A stretch of DNA of 34,184 bases from Verrucomicrobiota bacterium (lineage in GTDB: Bacteria > Verrucomicrobiota > Verrucomicrobiia > Verrucomicrobiales > DEV007). The position numbers were made by a program, and so were the translations under genes. Location of the stretch: NCBI GenBank assembly GCA_045046875.1, contig JASFYY010000072.1, positions 1 through 34,184 on the forward strand, given 5' to 3'. Shown in pieces: positions 1 to 9,549 of this stretch (position 1 is the stretch's first letter; the number at the start of each line of letters is the position of its first letter). The notes beneath the pieces were generated by a model, which had not been told where the DNA came from, searched no databases, and saw only the letters and a program-made list of their open reading frames with translations.

Positions 1-43
1 CGATTCATATCCGAGGTTAAAACTCAGTTGTTTCACGTGAGCT

Positions 44-1567
44 CTATTCCTTCATTGTCTTCCTCCACTGCAGAAAACCCTTTAGATAAGACCAACGGAA
101 ATCTTTTTTCTTGCGGTATTTCATATCCCGATTGTCCAGCTGCTCTGCCACAAAGGCCTCCACGTTTTTCTGCTCGATAAAGGGATCATGTGTTCGTTTC
201 TGCAAATCAATCAAGGCTTTAATCAAACGAGCCTTGGTTTCAGTATGCGCCGGATCATCCGCCAAATTTTTCCACTCATAAGGATCCTCTTTCAGATCAT
301 AAAGCTCGTAACGCGGGGGACTCGACCAGAGGGCAAAAGCCTTTTTTACAGCGGGGCTCACGGTCGACTGATCATCAGCCGTAGCTCCTGAAATAACAAA
401 ATGCTGATGCGATTCGTCGAGGTAGCTGCCCGCAATGAGATTTTTTGTGCCGGGCCTCGGACTCGATATCAATTTGTAACGATCGTCACGAAGGGAATGT
501 TGAATGAAACAATTGCGTGGAAAAGAGCCCGTGGTGAAACCAAATATATATTGGCGCCACTTGTCAGGTGTAGCCCCGGCAAGCAATGCTTTTAAATCCC
601 AGCCCGGCAGGTTTGAAGGTGCTGCAATCCCTGCCGCCGCCAGCGACGTCGGCAACAAGTCAACAGTAGAAACGAGCTCCTTTCTCACTAAGCCCGCCTT
701 CGCCACACCCGGCCAGCGAACAATCAAGGGCACGCGCAAGCCTCCCTCATAAACCGATCCTTTGCCTCGCGGAAACTGCGCCCCATGATCACCAAAATAA
801 AAGATGATCGTATTATCCGCCTGCCCCGTTTTTTCCAGTTCCGCCAACAACAAACCCACACCATCGTCAAGCCTCGCGAGACAGTTGTAATAATTAGCCA
901 CCTGCTCACGTAGTCGTGGTGTATCCACCCCCACCCAGGGCATCGCCTTCACCTCCTTCTCCGATAGTGGATCGACCGGACGGCCGTTTATTTTTCTAAT
1001 AAAAGGCAAATGCGCATCCGGAAAATTTACTGACAGAAACCACGGATTGTCCCCGCTTCCTTTAAAAAATTTGGCAGCCTCAAGCGCATAATCTTCACCG
1101 CTTTGTTTGCGATTGAAATTGGCCCCACGAATCGTATGGGAATCAAATGGAAAAGCATCCTCAGGATTCACATGCAATTTGCCAATCAATCCTGTACGAT
1201 ACCCTTTAGCTTTAAACAGAGTCGCGAAATTCGGTGTGTCTCGTTTGTAAAGTTCAAACTTATGCGTCGCCAGCCCGATCTGCCCATTTTGATGCGGATA
1301 CAAACCTGTGAGAAAACATGCCCGCGAAGGCGAGCATACCGAGTAAGGAACAAACGCATTTTCAAAACGAACCCCTTCTGAAGCAAGTTTATCAAGATGG
1401 GGTGTCCTCGCATACGGATCGCCATAACAACCCAGCTCAGGCCCATTATCCTCCGAGACGATCAAAAGAATATTTGGCGTTTTTGCGGTAGCGAACAAAC
1501 TCAACAAATTACCTGCAAAAAAAAGCGCCAATCGAAACAGAAACTTTGAATAATGAACCGAATACAT
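44..1567 (-). CDS. Secreted formylglycine-dependent (S1) sulfatase, N-sulfoglucosamine sulfohydrolase-like
   Basis: Signal peptide then PNILLIVSED; CxPxR signature CSPSRA followed by LTGLYPHQNG; GKLH, GDHG, KGSVYEGGLRVPLIVRWP and ELYDLKEDPYE sulfatase motifs. Confidence 0.93.
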   Translation of the reverse strand: MYSVHYSKFLFRLALFFAGNLLSLFATAKTPNILLIVSEDNGPELGCYGDPYARTPHLDKLASEGVRFENAFVPYSVCSPSRACFLTGLYPHQNGQIGLATHKFELYKRDTPNFATLFKAKGYRTGLIGKLHVNPEDAFPFDSHTIRGANFNRKQSGEDYALEAAKFFKGSGDNPWFLSVNFPDAHLPFIRKINGRPVDPLSEKEVKAMPWVGVDTPRLREQVANYYNCLARLDDGVGLLLAELEKTGQADNTIIFYFGDHGAQFPRGKGSVYEGGLRVPLIVRWPGVAKAGLVRKELVSTVDLLPTSLAAAGIAAPSNLPGWDLKALLAGATPDKWRQYIFGFTTGSFPRNCFIQHSLRDDRYKLISSPRPGTKNLIAGSYLDESHQHFVISGATADDQSTVSPAVKKAFALWSSPPRYELYDLKEDPYEWKNLADDPAHTETKARLIKALIDLQKRTHDPFIEQKNVEAFVAEQLDNRDMKYRKKKDFRWSYLKGFLQWRKTMKE

Positions 1568-1693
1568 GGGGATTTTTATTAGAATAGGCTTGAAAGCTCA
1601 TCGTGGCAATCCACGTAATGAGAAACCCTCATTTGCAAAAAAAGTGATTCGTAGGTCTTTCCAACGCGCCGCCGTGACCGCCATCAGATTTAC

Positions 1694-1752
1694 TCAGATT
1701 AGGGGTCAAACCCCATCTATTTTCAGATTAGGGGTCAAACCCCATCTATTTT
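1694..1752. repeat. Perfect tandem duplication of a 29-bp REP-like palindromic unit
   Basis: TCAGATTAGGGGTCAAACCCCATCTATTT at 1694-1722 and 1723-1751; each unit contains the hairpin GGGG-TCAAA-CCCC flanked by AGAT/ATCT. Confidence 0.9.
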
Positions 1753-1853
1753 ACTTCTTGTGCAATTTTTCCGCACCACTGCCACGCCTTCTGCCTAATC
1801 CACTTTAAACAAAAGCGGTTTATCTCAGGCTTCTTCGCGGCTAAGCTCTCCCC

Positions 1854-4112
1854 ATGCAAGCGGCTGCTTACATTGTGATCGACGGCTCTTCCGACCTCGA
1901 ATTTGACTACGCGATTCCCGACGAGATGAAGGAGAACATCGCAGTCGGTTCGCGGGTGGAAGTGAAGCTGCGCAACCGTCCCGCCACCGGCACGGTTCTC
2001 GAGATCAAAGAAATCGATGAACTGGAGTTGTCATTCAAACTCAAACCGATCAGCCGCTTATTAAGCGCCAAACCGGTGCTCACCGCTCCATTGCTCAAAT
2101 TAGCCCATTGGTTGTCGGACTATTATTTATCCCCGCTGGAAACTGTCATCCGCAGCATGATCCCGCAAGCGGCACGCGAAGGTGAGGGTGGCGAAAAAAC
2201 GCGCAAAGTGGTGCGTTTGATCAAAACTCCATCCGAGGAAGATCTCGCCAAGCTCAAAAAACGCGCACGGCGGCAGGCGGACGCACTGGATTATCTGTCA
2301 GGGCAAAAACCCGAGCCGGTCATGGTGCTGTCCGAACTGGTCAATTCAATGGGCATCTCGCGTCCCTCGATCAAGGCTCTGGAAGAGCGCGGCTGGGTGC
2401 GGATCGAAACACAAACGGTACAGCGTGACCCCTATGCTGGCGAAGAATTCCTACCCAGCCCCCCCCTGACTCTCAACCCTGAACAAAAAGTAGCGCTCGA
2501 CGCGGTTCTCGCGGCGAAGAAAAATCCCAAGCGCAAACCCATTCTGCTCTCCGGGGTGACCGGATCGGGGAAAACAGAAGTTTATCTGCAAGCGATCCAA
2601 CACTGTATCGACCAAGGCAAAGGAGCCATCGTATTAGTTCCGGAAATTTCCCTGACCCCGCAAACTGCCGAGCGTTTCAAACGCCGTTTTGCGGCGATTC
2701 AGGATCAGGTCGCTATTTTACACAGTCACCTCTCGGCAGGCGAACGCCTCGACGAATGGCGTAAGGTGCTCGCTCGCAAAGCGCGCATCGTCATCGGCGC
2801 GCGCAGCGCGATTTTTGCCCCGGTCGATAATCTCGGTCTGATCATCGTTGATGAGGAACACGAAAATTCCTACAAGCAGGAAAGTCCCCCGAGATACCAC
2901 GCTCGCGATCTCGCAGTGGTGCGCTCGCATATCGAAGACTGCCCGGTGGTACTCGGCAGCGCAACACCCTCTCTCGAATCCTGGAACAATGCCCTGCACG
3001 GCAAATACGATGTGGTTAAAATGAAGCTGCGTGTCGATGACCGCGAGTTACCGCTGATCCGCGTGCTCGACCTGCGCATGGAATCTCGCCGTGGCGGTGC
3101 GCGTTCCGGCCCGGCCATCCTTTCATTAAAACTTCGTCAAGCTATCGAAAAGCGTTTGGAAAATGACGAACAAACCATCCTCTTCCTCAACCGCCGGGGA
3201 TTCTCAAGATCTCTGTTATGCCCTGAATGTGGCAAGGTGGTCGAGTGCCGTCATTGCAGCCTGCCGATGACTTTTCATCGCAAGGAAGAACGCCTCACTT
3301 GCCACGTTTGCGGGTTCGCCCGCATCGTGCCCAAACGCTGTCCCGAATGCAAAGCCCGCGCCATCAGCCTGGTGGGATTCGGCACGGAAAAAGTCGAGGA
3401 AGTTTTACGCAAGGTTTTCAGCGATGCGCGCATCGCACGGGTTGACACCGATACGATGAAACGCAAAAACCAGTTGAAAGACACGCTCAGTGCTTTCAAG
3501 GCTCGCAAGATCGACATCCTGATCGGCACTCAAATGATCGCCAAGGGACTACACTTCCCCAACGTCACTCTAGTCGGCATCCTCAATGCCGACATCGGTC
3601 TGCATGTGCCGGATTTTCGCGCTGGTGAACGCACCTTTCAACTACTGACCCAGGTCGCCGGACGCGCCGGGCGGGGAGAACTCTCGGGCGAAGTGGTGGT
3701 GCAGACTTTCACCCCCCACCATCCCTCGATCGCCTACGCCCGCCACCATGACTTCGAAGGTTACGCCGAACAGGAATTGGAATTCCGCAAGCAGTTCAAC
3801 TTCCCGCCCTATCCACACATGGTCATGCTCACCGTGCGCTCCACCCACATGGCCCGCGCCGAGTTCTCGCTAAAAACCCTACACCTGCGTCTCACTAAAG
3901 CCCTGCCAAAGGACAACCCCGATCAGATCATCATCTCCGATCCGGTGCCATCGCCACTGGTCAAGTCCCACGACCAGTTCCGTTTTCAGATCACCCTGCG
4001 CGCTAACAATGCGCGCAAAATGACCGCACTGATCCGTGGCGTAATGAAAAAAATGTCCTTCCCTGCGGATGTGATTGCCACCGTCGATGTCGACCCTTAT
4101 TCTTTAGGATAA
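1854..4112 (+). CDS. priA: Primosomal protein N' (replication restart helicase PriA)
   Basis: N-terminal FDYAIP...VGSRVEV; Walker A GVTGSGKT; LVPEISLTPQ; DEEH; Cys-rich CPECG/CRHC/CHVC/CPEC; GTQMIAKG; QVAGRAGR; C-terminal VDVDP. Confidence 0.98.
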   Translation: MQAAAYIVIDGSSDLEFDYAIPDEMKENIAVGSRVEVKLRNRPATGTVLEIKEIDELELSFKLKPISRLLSAKPVLTAPLLKLAHWLSDYYLSPLETVIRSMIPQAAREGEGGEKTRKVVRLIKTPSEEDLAKLKKRARRQADALDYLSGQKPEPVMVLSELVNSMGISRPSIKALEERGWVRIETQTVQRDPYAGEEFLPSPPLTLNPEQKVALDAVLAAKKNPKRKPILLSGVTGSGKTEVYLQAIQHCIDQGKGAIVLVPEISLTPQTAERFKRRFAAIQDQVAILHSHLSAGERLDEWRKVLARKARIVIGARSAIFAPVDNLGLIIVDEEHENSYKQESPPRYHARDLAVVRSHIEDCPVVLGSATPSLESWNNALHGKYDVVKMKLRVDDRELPLIRVLDLRMESRRGGARSGPAILSLKLRQAIEKRLENDEQTILFLNRRGFSRSLLCPECGKVVECRHCSLPMTFHRKEERLTCHVCGFARIVPKRCPECKARAISLVGFGTEKVEEVLRKVFSDARIARVDTDTMKRKNQLKDTLSAFKARKIDILIGTQMIAKGLHFPNVTLVGILNADIGLHVPDFRAGERTFQLLTQVAGRAGRGELSGEVVVQTFTPHHPSIAYARHHDFEGYAEQELEFRKQFNFPPYPHMVMLTVRSTHMARAEFSLKTLHLRLTKALPKDNPDQIIISDPVPSPLVKSHDQFRFQITLRANNARKMTALIRGVMKKMSFPADVIATVDVDPYSLG

Positions 4113-4185
4113 CCTGGCCAGGAAATATTGGCAGCTGGATTTTCCTCTCAAAAAATACGGGTGGAAAAGCCTTTCCTGCTTTGCC

Positions 4186-6567
4186 TCAGGGTTTTGGATT
4201 CGTTGCGCCGATCAATAAGTGACGCAGATCCTTTCCCGTTAGTTGGTCGTAAGCGCGAATCACGGTTTCAGCATTGCTACGGTTCCACTGGGTTTGATTG
4301 ATTTTCGAAATCCAGTTCGCTATGAATTTCGTATCCCGGCCTTTGGTCGCTTCCAGCAGAGCTTTGGTGGCATAATGATAATACGCAGCACCGAGCCCTT
4401 CCGCCTCGGCGACAGATTCGTTTTCCACTTCGGCTGCAGCCCATTTGAGTAGGCTCACTTTGCTTAGGTGCCGCTTCGATTCTTCTTCTGGAAACATGGA
4501 AAGAAATGTTTCCATTCCCACTTTTTTTCCAAAGCGACGATCACATTCACGAATTGCGATCACATTGGCCAGGCCGTCACAAAACCATCGGCGATCATCG
4601 CTTGCAATCGTATCACGGAGCAGGTCGGCCTCGACCACCTCATGGATCACCACGAAAAAAGACTGCTCGTCCGTGAGCAGACGTGTAGTTTTCCCGGTCA
4701 ACTGTTCCGGAGTGATGGTATCAGCTGATTCGGTCAACTGTTTCACCATAACATCACCTTTCCTGATCGCCGCGATTTGCTCCTCGATGGATCCCTTCAC
4801 AACCTTTCCAACCTCTTTGATTACCACTGGAAAAAATTTCGACGGAAACGAATCAATGGCATCCACCACATCATCGACGGTATCCGATGCTCCATAACTA
4901 AATTCAAAATTATACAATACGGTGTCTTCCTCTTTGTTCAGGGTGAAATCCGGAACATCAACTCCCAGCTTGATTAGGCTTTTCAGATCTTGCTTGAACC
5001 AGATTTGAATTTCATTGCCGTCAAAAACACGAACCACAAGTTGCCCTAAATTTGCCATCACGGCAGCTTGAGTCGCCCACAATCGCATTTCTTCTTCGCT
5101 CCCCGTGAGACCATATTGTTGAAGCGACAGACTGTCTTGCTTGCTGATTTTTATAGGCTGAACCAAAGGCTCATCAAAACGTTTTTTGATCTCTTGCCGT
5201 GCTACAGCTAATTTCTCCGCCCACTCGGGCCCTATTTTTTCTACAGCTTCTGACAGCACTCTGGGATAGGAAATTGTCAGCCCCTTGATTTTGCGTTCGA
5301 TATAGTCATCAGGCCAAACAAACGGTTTTTTCTTTTGCCCTCCTTTTTTCAGAGACTCCTTCTCCACCATTTCTATCAGGCGGGCTTTCGTCTGCGACAG
5401 ATGTTTTTCAATGTTCGGGTAAGTTTTATGCAGGGCTGAAATGAATTCTTCCCGGTTCAACCCACGCTCGGGAATCGCAATGCCATGTTTTCTAAATTCA
5501 ACAAACATGGCTTTGTCATTGTCCGAGTCCTGCGCAGCCATGAACACGGCCATCATGATAACTCGCCCTGCCGCATCGATTAGTTCAGGATCGTCCGTTC
5601 GCAGTGGATTCATCTTGGTGATTTTCTCTAACCGCATCGCCGTATTTTCACCATTATCCGGAAACTGAAAATAGAATAAAGGCCCCATCAACTGAGAAAA
5701 ATTTTCCCTTTCGGATAATAGCATATGCAAGAGCAAGTAATAACGAGCAACTCCACGGGTGAACGATTCCGGTGTATTTTCGGCAAAATACCGAGCCTCT
5801 ATTTCATGCCGGAGCAAGCTTTCGATTACTTCTTTAAAAACCAAATAAGTAGCAAGCTGAGTTCCCATCCGGTCTTGTTGCTGGGAGATAACGAGTAATA
5901 ATTTAGTGAGATCTTCCGCAACGGTTTTAGCGGATTTTCCGGGTTTCCCCAACAGTGGGATATCCAGACGAAACGCTTCCAGCTTTTCAAGACTTGGCCG
6001 CAGCTTGCCAATTCCAATACCCAACTCTTCCACAAAGGGAGGAAACAAAGATATATTAAAGCTCCCGTCCGGATCCGGTGAAAACTGAATCTCCGGAAAT
6101 GTGATTTCACGGGTCTCAGTATTCAGAAAGGGTTTGAGCGTCGCATGATTCCACAGGTGAATCTCCCGCATATCCCCGGACCACCGAATCCACTGATGGG
6201 ATATTTTTTGAACCTTCAACAGCTCTTTTCCGAAAGCGTCGCTGAACCCTGCGCTGACTTCATCTATTCCCAGTAACTTTTGTATAAGCTTTTTAAGCTC
6301 CGGTTCTAGGCTGGGAAATGTTTCGGTCATCTTCTTCGCTACCATCGCAGCATGCTCCTGCCGAGCATCCTGGTGGATTTTAAAAACCGGCAATAAAAGC
6401 TGGATCAGATCTTCTTCATCGACAGGAAAGACAATTTTCATCCCATCGATCACGATGGTTTTTTCTTCCTTCGTTCCCAGACCTGAAAGCAAATTTGTGA
6501 AATTCTGACTCGGTGCCGGCACAATGAATGCCAACAAAATAACTCCGATATACAATAGCTGCTTCAT
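4186..6567 (-). CDS. Secreted hypothetical protein with two tandem zincin/peptidase-MA-like modules (start likely ATG 6567 rather than 6630)
   Basis: Long ORF; MKQLLYIGVILLAFIVPAPS signal peptide starts at 6567; C-half has VVIHEVVE...WFCDGLA; N-half has a degenerate copy (LVFKEVIE...FTRGVA). Confidence 0.7.
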   Translation of the reverse strand: MKQLLYIGVILLAFIVPAPSQNFTNLLSGLGTKEEKTIVIDGMKIVFPVDEEDLIQLLLPVFKIHQDARQEHAAMVAKKMTETFPSLEPELKKLIQKLLGIDEVSAGFSDAFGKELLKVQKISHQWIRWSGDMREIHLWNHATLKPFLNTETREITFPEIQFSPDPDGSFNISLFPPFVEELGIGIGKLRPSLEKLEAFRLDIPLLGKPGKSAKTVAEDLTKLLLVISQQQDRMGTQLATYLVFKEVIESLLRHEIEARYFAENTPESFTRGVARYYLLLHMLLSERENFSQLMGPLFYFQFPDNGENTAMRLEKITKMNPLRTDDPELIDAAGRVIMMAVFMAAQDSDNDKAMFVEFRKHGIAIPERGLNREEFISALHKTYPNIEKHLSQTKARLIEMVEKESLKKGGQKKKPFVWPDDYIERKIKGLTISYPRVLSEAVEKIGPEWAEKLAVARQEIKKRFDEPLVQPIKISKQDSLSLQQYGLTGSEEEMRLWATQAAVMANLGQLVVRVFDGNEIQIWFKQDLKSLIKLGVDVPDFTLNKEEDTVLYNFEFSYGASDTVDDVVDAIDSFPSKFFPVVIKEVGKVVKGSIEEQIAAIRKGDVMVKQLTESADTITPEQLTGKTTRLLTDEQSFFVVIHEVVEADLLRDTIASDDRRWFCDGLANVIAIRECDRRFGKKVGMETFLSMFPEEESKRHLSKVSLLKWAAAEVENESVAEAEGLGAAYYHYATKALLEATKGRDTKFIANWISKINQTQWNRSNAETVIRAYDQLTGKDLRHLLIGATNPKP

Positions 6568-6980
6568 TGGAACCTTTGGGAATCGGAGACAAAATTCCGG
6601 CAATCTACTTCTCCAAAACTTCGTCCTCATATCCAGCGAGAGCAGTGCTTAAAGCCAGCTTAATTTTTGCGCTGGAAGAAAACGCCTCTTTCCAACCTGC
6701 CGCCCAATTTCCAGGAATTTGCTTTTTTACTCCCCCTGCCCTCTTGTCCACCATAATATGAGCGAAGGAGATTTGTTTACCGAAGCTTCGTTGGAGAGGG
6801 GCACCAAGGTGGCAGGAGTGAATCCAGATCATTGCTGGGATTACAACACAGGAAAGTTTTTCCGTCAAGCCCTATGCCCAAGCAAATCAGGATTCTCGGC
6901 ACCTTTCAAGTTGATCCCCCTTCTCTTCTGATATGCCACCATCGTCGATGTCTATCCCTATTCTTTGAAACAAAGAGGCA

Positions 6981-7013
6981 CTTGACTAATAACTTGACTT
7001 ATAGTTGACTAAT
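6981..7013 (+). promoter_or_regulatory. Triple TTGACT(A/T)AT direct repeat at the fic start; probable autoregulatory operator/promoter
   Basis: TTGACT at 6982, 6994 and 7005 (spacing 12 and 11 bp), reading TTGACTAAT, TTGACTTAT, TTGACTAAT, immediately upstream of a gene with a C-terminal wHTH. Confidence 0.55.
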
Positions 7014-8024
7014 CGAGTGTCTTACCAACCGCAATTTGAAATCAGTGTTGAGCTCCTCTCTTTAGTTGAAGAGATCACCACCTTGCGTGAGCGCATTCAA
7101 GGCGCATCGGTGGCACTATCATGGATTCCAGCCCTGCAAAAGGACACACGAACTCGAAATGTCCATGCTTCAACAGCAATCGAGGGCAACCCTTTAACCT
7201 TACCACAAGTTCGCGCGATTGCAGAAGGCCGGGAACTAGCTGGATCCGATATTCATTCTCAACGCGAAATAACTAACTATTTTGCGGGACTGCGTTTTGT
7301 GGAAAAAAATGCACAGCTTAAAGCGATTCGCCACGAACACCTGTTTAGATTGCACCACATTTTAGCTGAAGGCGTTATGGATCAAGGTGAAGCCGGTCGC
7401 TATCGAAGCATTGCTGTGCAAGTAGGAAATCATCTGCCGCCGGCAGTAAATGATGTGTCGCCCTTGATGTTCGAACTTCTTGAATGGTGGAATGATTCCA
7501 CATCAAAAATATCCCCTATCCTGAGCTCGGCTATTTTGCACTATCGTTTTGAGCACATCCATCCATTTGCAGACGGCAACGGTCGAACGGGTCGAGCTCT
7601 TGCCCTATGGGAACTTTATCGCCGGGGATTTGATTCCCACCATATTTTTTCAGTTGATGAATACTACTGGGAGGATCGTTCAGCCTATTACGCCGCTCTT
7701 GATCAAGTTCGTCTCGCTGGAGAAAATTTGACTGGATGGTTGGAGTATTCTGCGAAAGGCTTAAAACAAACTTTGCAGCAAGTTTGGTTGCGTTTACAAC
7801 GGTTCCAAAGTCGCGATTTAAAAAAAATCACCCTCACCCCCCGTCAGGAAACACTGCTCGAATTGTTACAAGATCATGGCAGTATGGCTCCTAACGAAAT
7901 ATGGGAAACTCTCAAAATTTCCAGACAGGGAGCGATGAATTTGATCAACCCTTTGCTCGAAACCGGATTGATTGAGAAAAAAGGGACTAAAAAGTCAGGG
8001 CGCTATTTTTTAACCCAGCGATAG
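7005..8024 (+). CDS. Class II Fic-family AMPylase with C-terminal winged HTH (start may be GTG 7017)
   Basis: Canonical HPFADGNGRTGR active-site loop; N-terminal inhibitory motif STAIEG; C-terminal LTPRQETLL...LKISRQGAMNLINPLLETGLI...GRYFL wHTH. Confidence 0.93.
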   Translation: MTNRVSYQPQFEISVELLSLVEEITTLRERIQGASVALSWIPALQKDTRTRNVHASTAIEGNPLTLPQVRAIAEGRELAGSDIHSQREITNYFAGLRFVEKNAQLKAIRHEHLFRLHHILAEGVMDQGEAGRYRSIAVQVGNHLPPAVNDVSPLMFELLEWWNDSTSKISPILSSAILHYRFEHIHPFADGNGRTGRALALWELYRRGFDSHHIFSVDEYYWEDRSAYYAALDQVRLAGENLTGWLEYSAKGLKQTLQQVWLRLQRFQSRDLKKITLTPRQETLLELLQDHGSMAPNEIWETLKISRQGAMNLINPLLETGLIEKKGTKKSGRYFLTQR

Positions 8025-8035
8025 AAAAAACATTT

Positions 8036-8911
8036 ATGAGAAGCATGACAGGATACGGCAGGGCCGAGCAGACGATCGACGGTTGGCAGATCACCATCGA
8101 GATCGCGGCGGTGAATCGCAAACAAACGGACATCGTTTTGCATTTGCCCTCGGGACTAGCGGCACTTGAGGCCGATTTGAAAAAACAAATCGCACAACAA
8201 GTGCTGCGCGGACGAGCCACGGCGCGCGTTACGATTGAGTCCACTGACAGCGGTTCGAGCGAAATCCATCTGGACGAAAGTCTTGCCACTCAATATCTGA
8301 CGCTCATTCAGTCCTTGGAAAAACAAAGCGGTCGCACCATCCTGACTTCCGGCGCGGATCTGTTACGGGTGCCTGGCGCTTTTACTTTCGAATCCAAAAA
8401 CCTGCCCGCTGATGAACTGCAGGACAGCATCGGCAAAGTCCTCACTGAAGGTCTTGATGCGTTAATAAAAATGCAGGATGCCGAAGGGGAAAATCTACAT
8501 GAAGACCTGGAAGCCCGGCTGAAATTCATAGAAGACAAACTAGAACAAATTGCTGCCGCCTCTCCCTCCGTGGTTGAGCGCTATCGCAAAAATCTACACC
8601 AACGTCTCACCGAAGCCGGGCTCGATTTAGATCTCAATGATGAACGTCTATTAAGGGAAATCGGACTTTTTGCCGACCGTTGTGACATCAGCGAGGAGAT
8701 CACCCGTGCCAAAAGCCACATCAAACAGTTCAGAACTTACATGAATGCGGAAGACGCCGTCGGCCGCTCACTGGATTTTCTTTGTCAGGAATTTAATCGC
8801 GAAGTCAATACCATCGGCTCCAAAGCCAATGACGCCCAACTCGCCCAACATGTGGTCGAAACCAAGACAGAGCTGGAAAAAATACGCGAGCAGGTGCAGA
8901 ATATCCAATAA
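8036..8911 (+). CDS. yicC: YicC/YloC family endoribonuclease
   Basis: MRSMTGYG start, DISEEITR, GRSLDFLCQEFNREVNTIGSK, ELEKIREQVQNI; adjacent to gmk. Confidence 0.96.
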   Translation: MRSMTGYGRAEQTIDGWQITIEIAAVNRKQTDIVLHLPSGLAALEADLKKQIAQQVLRGRATARVTIESTDSGSSEIHLDESLATQYLTLIQSLEKQSGRTILTSGADLLRVPGAFTFESKNLPADELQDSIGKVLTEGLDALIKMQDAEGENLHEDLEARLKFIEDKLEQIAAASPSVVERYRKNLHQRLTEAGLDLDLNDERLLREIGLFADRCDISEEITRAKSHIKQFRTYMNAEDAVGRSLDFLCQEFNREVNTIGSKANDAQLAQHVVETKTELEKIREQVQNIQ

Positions 8912-8913
8912 TC

Positions 8914-9537
8914 ATGGAAAACAACTCACAACGACGAGGCATCCTCTGTGTGGTATCCGGGCCTTCAGGTTCCGGCAAAACCACTTTGTGCCGCGCCTTC
9001 AACGATGAAGACCCCGAGTGCAGCTACGCCATCTCCTGCACCACCCGTCCGATGCGTGAAGGCGAGGTCAACGGCAGGGATTATCATTTCCTCGATGAAA
9101 AAGAATTTCTGACTCGCGTCGAAGCGGGCGACCTACTTGAACACGCCCGCGTCCATGGCAATCTCTACGGCACACTCAAATCATCAGTACTCGAACAAGT
9201 CGAACGCGGCCAGGACGTGCTGATCGACATTGACGTGCAAGGAGCGGCGCTCATCCGCGAGCATCAGGATCCGGGCATACAGGCCTCGTATACCGACATA
9301 TTCGTGATGCCTCCTTCACAGCAAGAACTCGAATCCCGCCTCGGTGGCCGCGGAACGGAGTCCGAAGAAGACTTTGCTCTGCGCATGAAAAATGCCCAGG
9401 AGGAAATCGAGCAATGGCCGCACTACGCTTATGCCATCGTCAGCGGAAGCCGTGAGGACGACTTGCAGAAATTTCGCAGTATCATTCATGGAGAACGCAA
9501 CCGAGCTTCCCGATTGAAAATTTCTTCCAAACCCTGA
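8914..9537 (+). CDS. gmk: Guanylate kinase
   Basis: GPSGSGKT P-loop, TTRPMREGEVNGRDYHF, VHGNLYGT, DIDVQGA. Confidence 0.98.
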   Translation: MENNSQRRGILCVVSGPSGSGKTTLCRAFNDEDPECSYAISCTTRPMREGEVNGRDYHFLDEKEFLTRVEAGDLLEHARVHGNLYGTLKSSVLEQVERGQDVLIDIDVQGAALIREHQDPGIQASYTDIFVMPPSQQELESRLGGRGTESEEDFALRMKNAQEEIEQWPHYAYAIVSGSREDDLQKFRSIIHGERNRASRLKISSKP

Positions 9538-9549
9538 GCCTAATTCATC

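Noticed and set aside
1694..1752. CRISPR array (29-bp hairpin repeat)
   Set aside because: Only two copies, directly abutting with no spacer, and no cas genes.
1566..1808. 80-aa ORF in the sulfatase/priA gap
   Set aside because: Reads through the tandem repeat and the divergent promoter region; no protein-like features.
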